Positions 1-9,325 of a stretch of 64,000 bases of DNA are shown here, piece by piece (the first letter of the stretch is position 1; each line of letters opens with the position of its first letter). The position numbers were made by a program, and so were the translations under genes. Under the pieces are notes generated by a model, which saw only the letters and a list, made by a program, of their open reading frames with translations, ran no database searches and was not told the DNA's origin. Origin of the DNA: Candidatus Thalassarchaeum sp. Its GTDB lineage: Archaea > Thermoplasmatota > Poseidoniia > Poseidoniales > Thalassarchaeaceae. The stretch lies in assembly GCA_022451235.1 (NCBI GenBank), contig JAKUOA010000002.1, positions 2,155 through 66,154 on the forward strand, given 5' to 3'.

Positions 1-925
1 ACTGTCAATTGGGGCTTACTCGATAATCGTCTTCATCACCCAAAGGCTACTTTGGCCACTTACTCGCCTCGGCCAAACTTTCGATTTGTATCAGAGAGCC
101 ATGGCATCAACTGACAGAGTTCTGAATCTACTAGATACTCCAATCGGTCTAGTTGAAGGTGATATTGAATTGGATGAGGCGAATGGAGAGATTACCTTTG
201 ATAGCATTGAATTTTCCTATCCAGAAAGAGAATCGGTTCTCTCTGGAGTGTCTCTTAGTATAGAGGCAGGAGAAACAATCGGACTTGTTGGAAGTACTGG
301 ATCAGGTAAGACCACCCTAGTTGGACTTCTTCTTCGCTTCCACGATCCACTACAAGGTTCGGTTAGTCTTGATGGTAATGATGTTAAGGAACTAAAGTTA
401 GCATCACTAAGAGGTTCAATTTCTTTAGTGTCTCAAAACACCACTCTATTCCCTGGAACTGTACGAGAAAATATCCTCTATGGTAGACCTAGTGCTAGTG
501 AGGAAGAGGTCATGGAAGCGGCTCGTATAGCAGAGGCTACTAATTTCATCAATGAACTACCAGAGGGCTGGGAGACCGATATCGGTGAAGACGGCCACAG
601 ACTTTCTGGCGGCCAGCGCCAACGTCTAGCAATCGCACGTGCTGTGCTAAAAGATGCACCAATACTCGTATTTGACGAAGCAACGAGCAATGTCGATAAT
701 GAGACAGAGGCAGCATTACAGCGTTCAATTGAAAGAATTTCGACAGATAGAACAACCATCATTATCGCTCACCGCCTTTCCACCGTTAGAAATGCAGACA
801 AGATTGCAGTCTTAGATTCCGGCATGATTACTGAATTAGGCACGCATGAGAAATTGGTTAATTCTGATGGACTATACTCTAGGCTATGGTCGGTACAAAC
901 TGGATTAGCTGCAAGTAATGATTGA
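1..925 (+). CDS. ABC exporter, C-terminal part (end of TMD plus ATP-binding domain); 5'-partial
   Basis: The frame (codons from nt 2) is open from the window edge (..LGQTFDLYQRAMASTDRV..), so the TTG listed at 86 is not the start. Walker A GSTGSGKTT, signature LSGGQRQR, Walker B ILVFDEATS, H-loop IIIAHRLS. Confidence 0.9.
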   Translation, partial: LSIGAYSIIVFITQRLLWPLTRLGQTFDLYQRAMASTDRVLNLLDTPIGLVEGDIELDEANGEITFDSIEFSYPERESVLSGVSLSIEAGETIGLVGSTGSGKTTLVGLLLRFHDPLQGSVSLDGNDVKELKLASLRGSISLVSQNTTLFPGTVRENILYGRPSASEEEVMEAARIAEATNFINELPEGWETDIGEDGHRLSGGQRQRLAIARAVLKDAPILVFDEATSNVDNETEAALQRSIERISTDRTTIIIAHRLSTVRNADKIAVLDSGMITELGTHEKLVNSDGLYSRLWSVQTGLAASND

Positions 926-934
926 GGCTGAAAT

Positions 935-1351
935 ATGACTGATGAATTAAGTATCCCCAAATTAACTAAATTGGCGGAAACAATAGGCTTTGAAATAACT
1001 GAATTTACTCCAGGTAGTTGTGTTGTCGAATTGACGATTAGAGAAGACCATCTAAACGCCGGAGGTGTAGCACATGGAGGGCTACATGCTACTTTGTTGG
1101 ACACAGCAATGGGGGGGACATTAGTGACCACTTTATCGAAAGAAGAATGGTGTGCAACAGCACAATTGGATTTGTCATATCTCGAACCTGCTTATGTTGG
1201 TTCTCATCTTACAGCGGTTGGAGAAGTAGTTCGTAGGGGTCGGAATTTAGCCCATTTACAAGGTGAAATTACAGATCAAAATGGAAAGAAAATCGCTCAT
1301 GCAAGAGGTACATGGGCGGTATGGGAAAAGAAACCAAGTAGTCTTGTTTGA
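935..1351 (+). CDS. PaaI/hotdog-fold acyl-CoA thioesterase family protein
   Basis: 138 aa with the PaaI-type signature GGVAHGGLHATLLDTAMG. 9-nt spacer after the ABC gene. Confidence 0.75.
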   Translation: MTDELSIPKLTKLAETIGFEITEFTPGSCVVELTIREDHLNAGGVAHGGLHATLLDTAMGGTLVTTLSKEEWCATAQLDLSYLEPAYVGSHLTAVGEVVRRGRNLAHLQGEITDQNGKKIAHARGTWAVWEKKPSSLV

Positions 1352-1403
1352 TTAGTATATGACGGCAAAGGATTGATGATAGCCGGCTAGTTCGCCCTAC
1401 TTG

Positions 1404-1736
1404 ATGGCAAGGGCTGACTCTCTAATTTTCTTCCTTACCGGATTTGCACAATTAATCATTGCATCAGAAATAGAAACTGCACTAGTGGCTGCTATTCTTC
1501 AAGGCACAGGTAGTGGTATGCTTGCTTTAGGGGTGTATTTCCTTATCTTTGTCGCCAGAAATCATAAAGAATTTTCAGATAGATACTCCAAGTCAGAAAG
1601 GACTGTATTAATTCGCGACCCTCAAACTGGTGACTTAAAGAGAGTAGATGATACTCCCGTTGTAAGTAAGGCCTTGATGTATGGAGGTCCAACCGCCCTA
1701 ACTTTCTTGGCCGCTCTATTCTGGTTAGCTAACTGA
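1404..1736 (+). CDS. hypothetical membrane protein
   Basis: ATG at 1404 (TTG at 1401). Hydrophobic helices at both ends. No family recognised. Confidence 0.45.
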   Translation: MARADSLIFFLTGFAQLIIASEIETALVAAILQGTGSGMLALGVYFLIFVARNHKEFSDRYSKSERTVLIRDPQTGDLKRVDDTPVVSKALMYGGPTALTFLAALFWLAN

Positions 1737-1760
1737 GGTGACCTCCTGTCGAGTAAGGGT

Positions 1761-2021
1761 ATGTCGGACAGAGTTGATGATGTAATCAATAATCCAGCAT
1801 ATGATATGCTTGGGGGGTACCATATTTTCCTTCGAAGGATGTTGATACCAATTATCATTATTCTAATTGCTTTATTGGTATGGACAATTACTGAACCGTA
1901 TATTTCCTCATCCCTTACGCGCAAAGTCGTCACTGCGATAATCACAGGACTAACTTTAGGTCCTGTGACGAATTTTGATCGTGGAGTCGCGGAATGGCTC
2001 AGACGAAGGAATAAAGTCTGA
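1761..2021 (+). CDS. hypothetical small membrane protein
   Basis: 86 aa with one long hydrophobic helix (MLIPIIIILIALLVWTI). Same strand and tight spacing with its neighbours. Coding status is uncertain. Confidence 0.4.
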   Translation: MSDRVDDVINNPAYDMLGGYHIFLRRMLIPIIIILIALLVWTITEPYISSSLTRKVVTAIITGLTLGPVTNFDRGVAEWLRRRNKV

Positions 2022-2077
2022 ATATCCGCCTAAATCCGGCGAAGCAATCAAAGCAAAATGCCTTCCAGACATAATCA

Positions 2078-2677
2078 ATGGTATCCCTAGACGACTTCAA
2101 TTTGGTAGAACTTGTTTTCGGCGAATCTGGTTCAACATTAGAATTGATTTTTGCCGCATCTGCGCTGATTGGAGGTGTTCTATTCTTGTTTTGGTTCCTC
2201 TTGATGCTGATTGGAGGGGTCGGCGAGGGCTTGTTTGAGGGGTTATTTGGTATCGAATTCGATGTCATGAGTTCTGACGGTGCATTCGATGCTATGACCT
2301 TCCAAGGAGTAATGGCATTCATGATGTTCTTCGGCCTATCTGGATTGTACACATTAAAGTCCGATGGAGGAGATACTCTGGCTATAGGAGTAGGTGGCGT
2401 TGCCGGGTTAGCATCGATGTATGGGACTGGAAAAATCTTCCAACTTTTCTTTTCTCTGGAAGCCAGTGGAAATATCGAAATGGAGCAAGCGATTGGTGAG
2501 AAAGGATCGGTTTATCTCCGAATCCCAGAAGGTGACGTGGGCCAAGTTACAATCGAAGTTGGAGGTGCTCAGAAGACCTACAATGCAAAGTCAGAAGATG
2601 GTCAAGGCATAGCCACAGGCGAGTTTATCGAGGTTGTCGATATCATTAGTTCAACTCTGATAGTAAAGAGAGTTTAG
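2078..2677 (+). CDS. NfeD/YqiJ-like membrane protein (flotillin partner)
   Basis: 199 aa. Multi-helix membrane N-terminus and a beta-rich soluble C-terminus (GSVYLRIPEGDVGQVTIEVGG..IEVVDI) resembling the NfeD OB-fold. It lies directly upstream of a flotillin gene, as NfeD genes do. Confidence 0.55.
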   Translation: MVSLDDFNLVELVFGESGSTLELIFAASALIGGVLFLFWFLLMLIGGVGEGLFEGLFGIEFDVMSSDGAFDAMTFQGVMAFMMFFGLSGLYTLKSDGGDTLAIGVGGVAGLASMYGTGKIFQLFFSLEASGNIEMEQAIGEKGSVYLRIPEGDVGQVTIEVGGAQKTYNAKSEDGQGIATGEFIEVVDIISSTLIVKRV

Positions 2678-2762
2678 ACCCTGTTTACAGATGCCGAGAC
2701 TAGAGTGTGCCGGCACAGCCTTAATGAGTCAACAGCGTCTGTGCTAGTACGGAGCGATTGCT

Positions 2763-4154
2763 ATGGCTGAAGCTGGTGCACTACTAACGATAATGATGTT
2801 CGCAACCATACTATTCTTGGTTGCAATTGTAATATTCTTTGCGCAGAGGTACAAAAGATGTCCTCCAGACAAGGTAATGGTAGTTTACGGTCGTACCGAT
2901 AAGGGTAAGGCGAGTAGGACTATACACGGTGGTGCAGCACTTGTATGGCCGCTTATTCAGGACTACGCCTTCCTTACACTGACACCAATTACGATTAACA
3001 TCGATCTAAGGAATGCTCTTTCGCTCCAGAACATCCGAATTAACGTTCCATCAACATTCACAATTGGTGTCTCAACTGAAAAGCAAATTATGGCTAATGC
3101 AGCCGAGCGTCTGCTTGGATTAAAACAAAATGACATTGAAGAAATGGCTAAAGAGATTATTTTCGGTCAACTTCGTCTAACTGTAGCCTCCTTGACAATC
3201 GAGCAAATCAACCAAGACCGCGATGCATTCCTAGAATTGACTAGAAAGAACGTAGACACAGAATTGCAAAAAGTGGGTCTTTACCTAATCAACGTAAACT
3301 TGGTGGATATTACTGACGAATCGGACTATATCGAAAGCATCGGTAAGAAGGCCGCTTCAACTGCTGTTGAGAACGCACGTGTTGATGTAGCTAATGCAGA
3401 GCGAGACGGTGCCGTTGGTGCGGCAGAAGCAAACCGAACCAAGGAGATTGAGGTTGCAAAGAACCTAGCAGAGGCAGAGAAGGGTCGAAAGACTGCTGAG
3501 GCAGATCAGCGTGTTTACGTTGGACAACAAGAAGCACTAGCAGTTGCCGGAGAGAACGATGCAAAAGGTGAGATTGCTAACTCCGACGCTGATCTTGCTG
3601 AGGCAGAAGCGTCAGCAAATCAACGTGCTGAAGTTGCAACTGCTAAGGCCGAAGCAGAAATTCAGAGGGCTAAATTCACTGAAGAGGAAGAACGTCTGAA
3701 GGCTAGCGAAATTGTACGCGAGCAAATTCAGAAACAGCAAATCGAAATCGCTGCTGAAGCTGAAGCAGAAAGGCAACGACGTATCGCACGTGGTGAAGCA
3801 GATGCAATACTTGCTCGCTATGAAGCAGAGGCATCTGGTGTTCAACAGGTCCTAGAAGCAAAGGCTGCAGGTTACCAAGGCCTAGTTAGCAGTGCTAATG
3901 GAGATGCAAAGGCCGCAGCTACACTACTTATGGTTGAGAAGATCGACCAGATGGTCTCAGCCCAGGTCGAAGCAATTCGTAACTTGAAGATTGACAGCAT
4001 TACTGTATGGGATTCTGGCGGAGATGGTGATGGAAGTTCGACTTCGAACTTTATTTCCAATCTTGTAAAGTCACTCCCCCCTCTACACGACATAGCGTCA
4101 AATGCTGGAGTGGACCTACCCGATTACCTAGGCTCAATGACTGATGACGATTGA
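2763..4154 (+). CDS. flotillin-like SPFH/Band-7 protein (YqiK type)
   Basis: 463 aa. N-terminal TM helix, SPFH domain, then a long Ala/Glu-rich coiled coil (AEAEKGRKTAEAD.., AKAEAEIQRAK..). Confidence 0.85.
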   Translation: MAEAGALLTIMMFATILFLVAIVIFFAQRYKRCPPDKVMVVYGRTDKGKASRTIHGGAALVWPLIQDYAFLTLTPITINIDLRNALSLQNIRINVPSTFTIGVSTEKQIMANAAERLLGLKQNDIEEMAKEIIFGQLRLTVASLTIEQINQDRDAFLELTRKNVDTELQKVGLYLINVNLVDITDESDYIESIGKKAASTAVENARVDVANAERDGAVGAAEANRTKEIEVAKNLAEAEKGRKTAEADQRVYVGQQEALAVAGENDAKGEIANSDADLAEAEASANQRAEVATAKAEAEIQRAKFTEEEERLKASEIVREQIQKQQIEIAAEAEAERQRRIARGEADAILARYEAEASGVQQVLEAKAAGYQGLVSSANGDAKAAATLLMVEKIDQMVSAQVEAIRNLKIDSITVWDSGGDGDGSSTSNFISNLVKSLPPLHDIASNAGVDLPDYLGSMTDDD

Positions 4155-4199
4155 ATTTTTGACATACGGTCTTTCCCTTTGGGACAGTCAGCCTCATGA

Positions 4200-5456
4200 A
4201 TGGTAATAATCTCGGTAATGTCAATGAGCGAAGACGTTGTACTAATCGGAGGAGCTAGAACCCCGTTCTGTGAATGGCTTGGTGGAAAGCGCGGAGACGG
4301 TGAAGTCGGTGGAAGATTAGCCGATGTAAGTGCTGAGCAATTAGGGTCTATTGCTATTCGAGGTGCTCTTGAGAAGACTGGTACAAGCCCAGATTCCGTT
4401 GACCACCTAGTAATGGGTCACGCATTACAGACAAGCGATCAGGCAATTTTTGGCGCTCGTCATGCAGGACTTAATGCAGGAATTCCACAAGAGGTTCCAA
4501 TGCTTACACTAAATCGATTATGTGGTTCAGGAATTCAATCAATAATTTCAGCATCTCAAATGATTATGCTTGGTGAAGCCAATACTGTGGTTGCAGGTGG
4601 AATGGAAAATCTCAGCCAGGCACCACACGTACTGAGAGGAATGCGCTCCACCTACAAATTAGGAAGACCACCAAGGGAAGGCGATGAACTTCCCAAGGAT
4701 ATGGAAGATTATCTCTTCACTAATTTGCTAGACACCACTTGTGATTCCTTCATGGCCCAAACTAGTGATGAAATCTGTCGTCGAGTGGGCGTCACGAGAG
4801 AAGAAGCAGATTCTTTTGCAGTAATTAGTCATTCAAGAACTGAAAATAGTGTTGATAATGGGGTTTGGGCTGAAGAAATTGTTGATGTTGAGACGGCCGA
4901 TGGTTTAGTCACTGCAACCGAAGAAGACCACTTTGTTAGAGGTACTAGTGATGAGTCCCTTGGTGCACTTAGGACGCATTTCGGCCCTACTTCCTTGGTA
5001 ACCGCTGGAAATGCCTCTGGTGTAGTCGATGGTGCAGCAGCTGTAGTGCTGAAATCCGCATCTCAGGCCGCCTCTGACGGAGACAAACCCATAGCAAGAA
5101 TAGTCAACTGGGGGGTTGTTGGCCTTGAACCTGCAATTATGGCATATGGCCCGGTACCAGCCAGCAAACTAGCCCTTGAAAGGGCAGGTATGAGTGTGGA
5201 TGAGATTGACCTATGGGAAATCAACGAAGCCTTCGCCGGTCAAGCAGTGGCTTGTATGAAGGAATTGGGAATTTCACATGAGATAGTCAACATTAACGGC
5301 GGTGCAGTCGGTTTAGGGCACCCTCTTGCAGCAACAGGAAGTCGTCTCACACTAACTCTAGCACATACACTCAAGCGAGAGGGCAAGAAGTTTGGAATCG
5401 CGACAGCATGTATTGGTGGCGGACAAGGAATAGCAATTATTCTCGAATCTGTGTGA
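4200..5456 (+). CDS. acetyl-CoA C-acetyltransferase (thiolase)
   Basis: Active-site motifs NRLCGSG, NINGGAVGLGHPLAATG and ACIGGGQG. The true start may be the ATG at 4218 or 4224 (MSEDVVLIGGARTPF). Confidence 0.9.
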   Translation: MVIISVMSMSEDVVLIGGARTPFCEWLGGKRGDGEVGGRLADVSAEQLGSIAIRGALEKTGTSPDSVDHLVMGHALQTSDQAIFGARHAGLNAGIPQEVPMLTLNRLCGSGIQSIISASQMIMLGEANTVVAGGMENLSQAPHVLRGMRSTYKLGRPPREGDELPKDMEDYLFTNLLDTTCDSFMAQTSDEICRRVGVTREEADSFAVISHSRTENSVDNGVWAEEIVDVETADGLVTATEEDHFVRGTSDESLGALRTHFGPTSLVTAGNASGVVDGAAAVVLKSASQAASDGDKPIARIVNWGVVGLEPAIMAYGPVPASKLALERAGMSVDEIDLWEINEAFAGQAVACMKELGISHEIVNINGGAVGLGHPLAATGSRLTLTLAHTLKREGKKFGIATACIGGGQGIAIILESV

Positions 5457-5513
5457 TATTTCTCTTAATCATGTATGGGGACAGGTTAACTAAGTGCTGC
5501 TGTTGGTAATGTT

Positions 5514-5771
5514 ATGGCAGAACATATTCCGGGTACAGGACATGCCAATAGAACTCGTAGTTTGATTAAGACTATCACTTGGAGAACTATAGGTACTCTT
5601 GATACTATTCTGATAGCTTACATTGTGACGGGAGACATCAAGGCTGGGGCTGCTATTGGTGGAACTGAATTATTCACGAAGATGTTTCTGTATTATTTCC
5701 ATGAAAGAGCATGGAGTTGGTCAGACTGGGGTTTGGAAGATGTTGATGAAGAGACATCAGATACGGATTAA
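5514..5771 (+). CDS. small membrane protein (DUF2061-like)
   Basis: 85 aa. The KTITWRTIGTLDT..FHERAWSW pattern resembles DUF2061. This is from memory only. Confidence 0.45.
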   Translation: MAEHIPGTGHANRTRSLIKTITWRTIGTLDTILIAYIVTGDIKAGAAIGGTELFTKMFLYYFHERAWSWSDWGLEDVDEETSDTD

Positions 5772-5781
5772 ATTCTCCTCA

Positions 5782-6582
5782 CTATATTAGATCCATCAAA
5801 TATCTCAGTAGAGATATACCCACGGCAATTAAGTAAGGATATGTCAAAACATCTTGCGGTAGCATGTGGATAGCGGTTTTGGCGCCCGCCCATGCGGTTA
5901 CAAGAACAATCAGAGGTAAAGCAAGAGTAAGTGTATCAAATTTGGCGATTTCATCAATTAATGACGGGTTAAAAAGTAAATGAGATACTATAGCGACAGG
6001 GACTACTCTCATTACAATCAAGTAAGAAGTTCCTGCGGCTTTATGAGGTCCCAATCCTAGAACTATTCTGTTTAACATGGTAAAAATAACTCCTCCCCCA
6101 ATACCGATTAATCCTGCGGATAAACCTCCTGCTAGGCACCCTAACTTGTATTTGTAGAGCAATGCACCTTGAATAGAGATATCCTCATCATGAATGTCAT
6201 TTTGTTGCTCTTCGATTAATTTCTTTATACCACGATATATCACTAAAATCAGTAGAATAATTGCTAAAATTTTGATAATACTTTCACCCGCTTCGGCAAT
6301 TATTTGATCAGCGGCTAAAGCACCGATAATTGCGCCAAATATCGCTACAATCCTACCTTTCCGTCCAACTCCTGCAACCGTGTAACCCCCTTCATCGTGG
6401 GCTCTTCGGGAGCCTATACTGACAAACCAAACCAGAATCAATGAACAAACGATAGATAGTTGTAGGTCCCAACCTAAAATGAAGTAAAGAGTTGGAACAA
6501 ATAGAAACCCCCCTCCTAGACCAAGTGGAGCGAACATAAACGCGGTAACTAGAATGATTACTAGAGCGATAATTTCCTCCAA
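5782..6582 (-). CDS. TauE/SafE (DUF81) family anion exporter
   Basis: 266 aa, polytopic, Gly-rich helices (PLGLGGGFLFVP, GIGGGVIF) in a two-halves arrangement typical of TauE/SafE. Its start codon directly abuts the stop of the Mo-enzyme gene (6583). Confidence 0.75.
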   Translation of the reverse strand: MEEIIALVIILVTAFMFAPLGLGGGFLFVPTLYFILGWDLQLSIVCSLILVWFVSIGSRRAHDEGGYTVAGVGRKGRIVAIFGAIIGALAADQIIAEAGESIIKILAIILLILVIYRGIKKLIEEQQNDIHDEDISIQGALLYKYKLGCLAGGLSAGLIGIGGGVIFTMLNRIVLGLGPHKAAGTSYLIVMRVVPVAIVSHLLFNPSLIDEIAKFDTLTLALPLIVLVTAWAGAKTAIHMLPQDVLTYPYLIAVGISLLRYLMDLI

Positions 6583-9324
6583 TTAATCACTCTCCGGCAT
6601 ATACCAATGCTGTTTCTTTGGAGAAAGAGGCCGCTTCATCCATAGTGGCCGGCGCTCTCCTCTCGGATGAGTTTCACGCTCTTTCGCCCATTCATTCCAG
6701 CGTTTATAGTACTCAAACGACTTGTTCCGGTCGACTTCTATATCTCCATATTCCTCATCCTCACTGGGGATGGATAGACGTACCTTCTGAAGCCAGCAAT
6801 GGGCTCCGGAAATTGGATCTGGTTGAACTGCATGTGTGATATTTTGGTGAACCCCTCCGTCTCGCCACCAAATACGATTGGTATCGGGGTCATCAGACTT
6901 CCATGGCTCGACTCCGCTAATTGTCTTCATACGCATTTTCCCATCACCTCGCTCTTCGATTGCAACGGTATTTGTTAGGAATCGATTACCTCGGTCTTGT
7001 TCTCTTCTCCACCTACCAATGTGATGGGAGCACCCTACAACTCCAGGTTTGATACCCTCTGTAACCCAGACCTTATCGACAAACCAACCAATTTCGGTTT
7101 CTATCTTTAGTAAGTCACCTTCAGCCACGCCGAGTTTCCTCGCATCCTTGGGGTGAATCCAGATTGGGTTTCTATGAGCGATTTCAACTAACCACTTTGC
7201 GTTGGCTGAGCGTGAGTGTATATGCTGTGGTAATCTGAAATTCGGAAGAAGACAATATTCATCTTCAGCAGATAAATTATCAGGATGAACGTGAGACTTC
7301 TGACGATAATGAGGTATAGAATGTTCAGGATAACCAAATTCAATCATCGTCTCTGAGTAAAATTCCTGTTTTCCACTTGGAGTTGGCCAGCCCTCCGACT
7401 TGTGTTTTTCATAGGTGGCCTCTTCGATTAAGAAAGCACCATGCTTGCGCATGTAACCGAGTGAGTCGGTACCTTCAGACTCAGCTGCTTCTGGAAGCCC
7501 TGGAACGCGCTCGAATAGGTACTGATAGTACTCGTCAACAGTGATTTTTTCACCCTCTCGATATGGGCTCATAAAATGCTCACGAATGCCCATTGTTCCA
7601 TCATCAATGCGCCAAGATAATTCAATCCAAAACTCATCTTCTTCCCAAACTTCTCCGGGGTTAATTTCGTGGGTGAATTCTACCTCTTTCCCTTCGCGTC
7701 TAGCGTATTCCCTGAGTACCGGTTGCCTAAATGCTACCCATTTTCCTGCAGAGGTTGCGTATGAGTTGACATCATGTCGTTCCGAGGCATGCCCCATTGG
7801 TAGAACATAGTCGGCAAAGAAGGCGGTTTCATTCCAAGTTGGAGTTAAGGCAATGTGGCAACCAATGGCATTTTTATCTTCTAGCATTTCAATCCATGAA
7901 AAGCCATCAGGATATGTCCAAACTGGATTGAAGACACGCGTGAAATAAACATCCATCGTTCCTCGACCATCCTTTACGAGATGAGGCAGTATGTGACTCA
8001 TTTCGTAGTGAGCTAGGGTGTATTCTGACGGGAAATGTAGTTCGTTCCAACCATCGGGATCTGGAGGGACATCGAATAGCGATGGCTTGAATTTCGACCA
8101 AGAGTTTGGGCTTGTTCCACCTACAGTTCCAACTGAACCGGTGAGTACATTGAGGAAATGCAAGGTTCGGCTGACCTGCCAGCCGCCAAGGTTTCCAATC
8201 GCTGCACTGCGCCAGACATGTGTGCATAGTTGACTTCCAGCATTGGCTACAACATCTCCTGCTTCGATTACTTGCTCAACTGGGATCTTACATTCAGCTG
8301 CTGCAAATTCGGGAGTATATTCTTCATACTCTTTCAGCAATAATTCAACAAATCGATCAAACTCATTTGGCTCATTAGGGTGTACCGCAGACATCCACAT
8401 TTCCCAATTGACCTGGGTTTCCATAAACTCCCTGTCATACAATTCTCGCTCGAGTATCATTTTAGCCCAGGCAAGGAAAAGAGCTGGTTCGCTACCCGGC
8501 CATGTCGGTAACCAATGGTCAGCCATAGCCGCTGTATTCGATAGTCGAGGGTCGATTACAATCAGTTTCGCTCCATCCATCATCCCCTCGAGAATTCTTT
8601 GTGCGTGAGGGTTGAAGTAATGTCCAGTTTCAAGATGAGAAGAAGTCAGTAAAATCACTTTGGCGTTTGTATGATCAGGACTCGGCCTGTCGTGTTGATG
8701 CCAGAGAGCATAGCCCGTTCGCGCTCCTGCTGAACAAATGTTAGTGTGTGAATTATGCCCATCAACACCCCAAGCTTTCAGAACTCGATTAGCATAACCT
8801 TCGTGCCCCGGTCTTCCGACGTGATAGACGACCTTGTCAACGCCCCCTGCTTTTAGAGAGGTGCGGATTTTTTCTGCAATTTCTTCTAGGGCCTCTTCCC
8901 AGGTGATTTGTTCCCACCCCCCTTCACCTCTAGCGCCAACTCTACGAAGAGGGTGGAGTATCCGCTCAGTATCTTGAATTTGATTAATTGTTGCAGGCCC
9001 TTTGGCACAATTCCTACCTCGACTTCCAGGGTGGTGTGGATTACCTTCAAACTTAGTTACTTGACCTGTATCCTTGTCGACATAAGCCAACATTCCACAG
9101 GCTGATTCACAGTTGAAACAGGTTGTTGGAACTAGAGAATAATTCTTCTCTATTCTGACCGGCCATGCATTTGCATCCAGTTCCTTGAAATCAAGCCATT
9201 CATCCGGCGAGGGGAATTTTCGTAATTCTTGGGTATTTCCATCAGAGTAATCTCTATCGAGATTTGGAATCATTCGTAATTTCTGAGCGAACTTCTCGAT
9301 AAATGACTCTGCCATTTCATTCAC
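6583..9324 (-). CDS. molybdopterin (bis-MGD) oxidoreductase, catalytic subunit; no twin-arginine signal
   Basis: 913 aa. N-terminal 4Fe-4S motif CFNCESACGM..(x)..RNCAKG, central MGD-binding regions and a C-terminal MGD-binding barrel (GDLLKIETEIGWFVDKVWVTEGIKPGVVG). The N-terminus MNEMAESFIEKFAQKL has no RR motif. Confidence 0.9.
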   Translation of the reverse strand: MNEMAESFIEKFAQKLRMIPNLDRDYSDGNTQELRKFPSPDEWLDFKELDANAWPVRIEKNYSLVPTTCFNCESACGMLAYVDKDTGQVTKFEGNPHHPGSRGRNCAKGPATINQIQDTERILHPLRRVGARGEGGWEQITWEEALEEIAEKIRTSLKAGGVDKVVYHVGRPGHEGYANRVLKAWGVDGHNSHTNICSAGARTGYALWHQHDRPSPDHTNAKVILLTSSHLETGHYFNPHAQRILEGMMDGAKLIVIDPRLSNTAAMADHWLPTWPGSEPALFLAWAKMILERELYDREFMETQVNWEMWMSAVHPNEPNEFDRFVELLLKEYEEYTPEFAAAECKIPVEQVIEAGDVVANAGSQLCTHVWRSAAIGNLGGWQVSRTLHFLNVLTGSVGTVGGTSPNSWSKFKPSLFDVPPDPDGWNELHFPSEYTLAHYEMSHILPHLVKDGRGTMDVYFTRVFNPVWTYPDGFSWIEMLEDKNAIGCHIALTPTWNETAFFADYVLPMGHASERHDVNSYATSAGKWVAFRQPVLREYARREGKEVEFTHEINPGEVWEEDEFWIELSWRIDDGTMGIREHFMSPYREGEKITVDEYYQYLFERVPGLPEAAESEGTDSLGYMRKHGAFLIEEATYEKHKSEGWPTPSGKQEFYSETMIEFGYPEHSIPHYRQKSHVHPDNLSAEDEYCLLPNFRLPQHIHSRSANAKWLVEIAHRNPIWIHPKDARKLGVAEGDLLKIETEIGWFVDKVWVTEGIKPGVVGCSHHIGRWRREQDRGNRFLTNTVAIEERGDGKMRMKTISGVEPWKSDDPDTNRIWWRDGGVHQNITHAVQPDPISGAHCWLQKVRLSIPSEDEEYGDIEVDRNKSFEYYKRWNEWAKERETHPRGERRPLWMKRPLSPKKQHWYMPESD

Positions 9325-9325
9325 C

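Noticed and set aside
478-1131. Minus-strand ORFs of 94, 68 and 120 aa antisense to the ABC-ATPase and thioesterase genes.
   Set aside because: They are shadow ORFs opposite strongly motif-supported genes, and no family features are present.
6583-9324. Possible selenocysteine (in-frame TGA) or a Tat signal in the Mo-enzyme.
   Set aside because: The ORF is uninterrupted over 913 codons, and the ligand region shows no in-frame stop. No RR motif is present in the first 40 residues, nor in the short upstream in-frame sequence.
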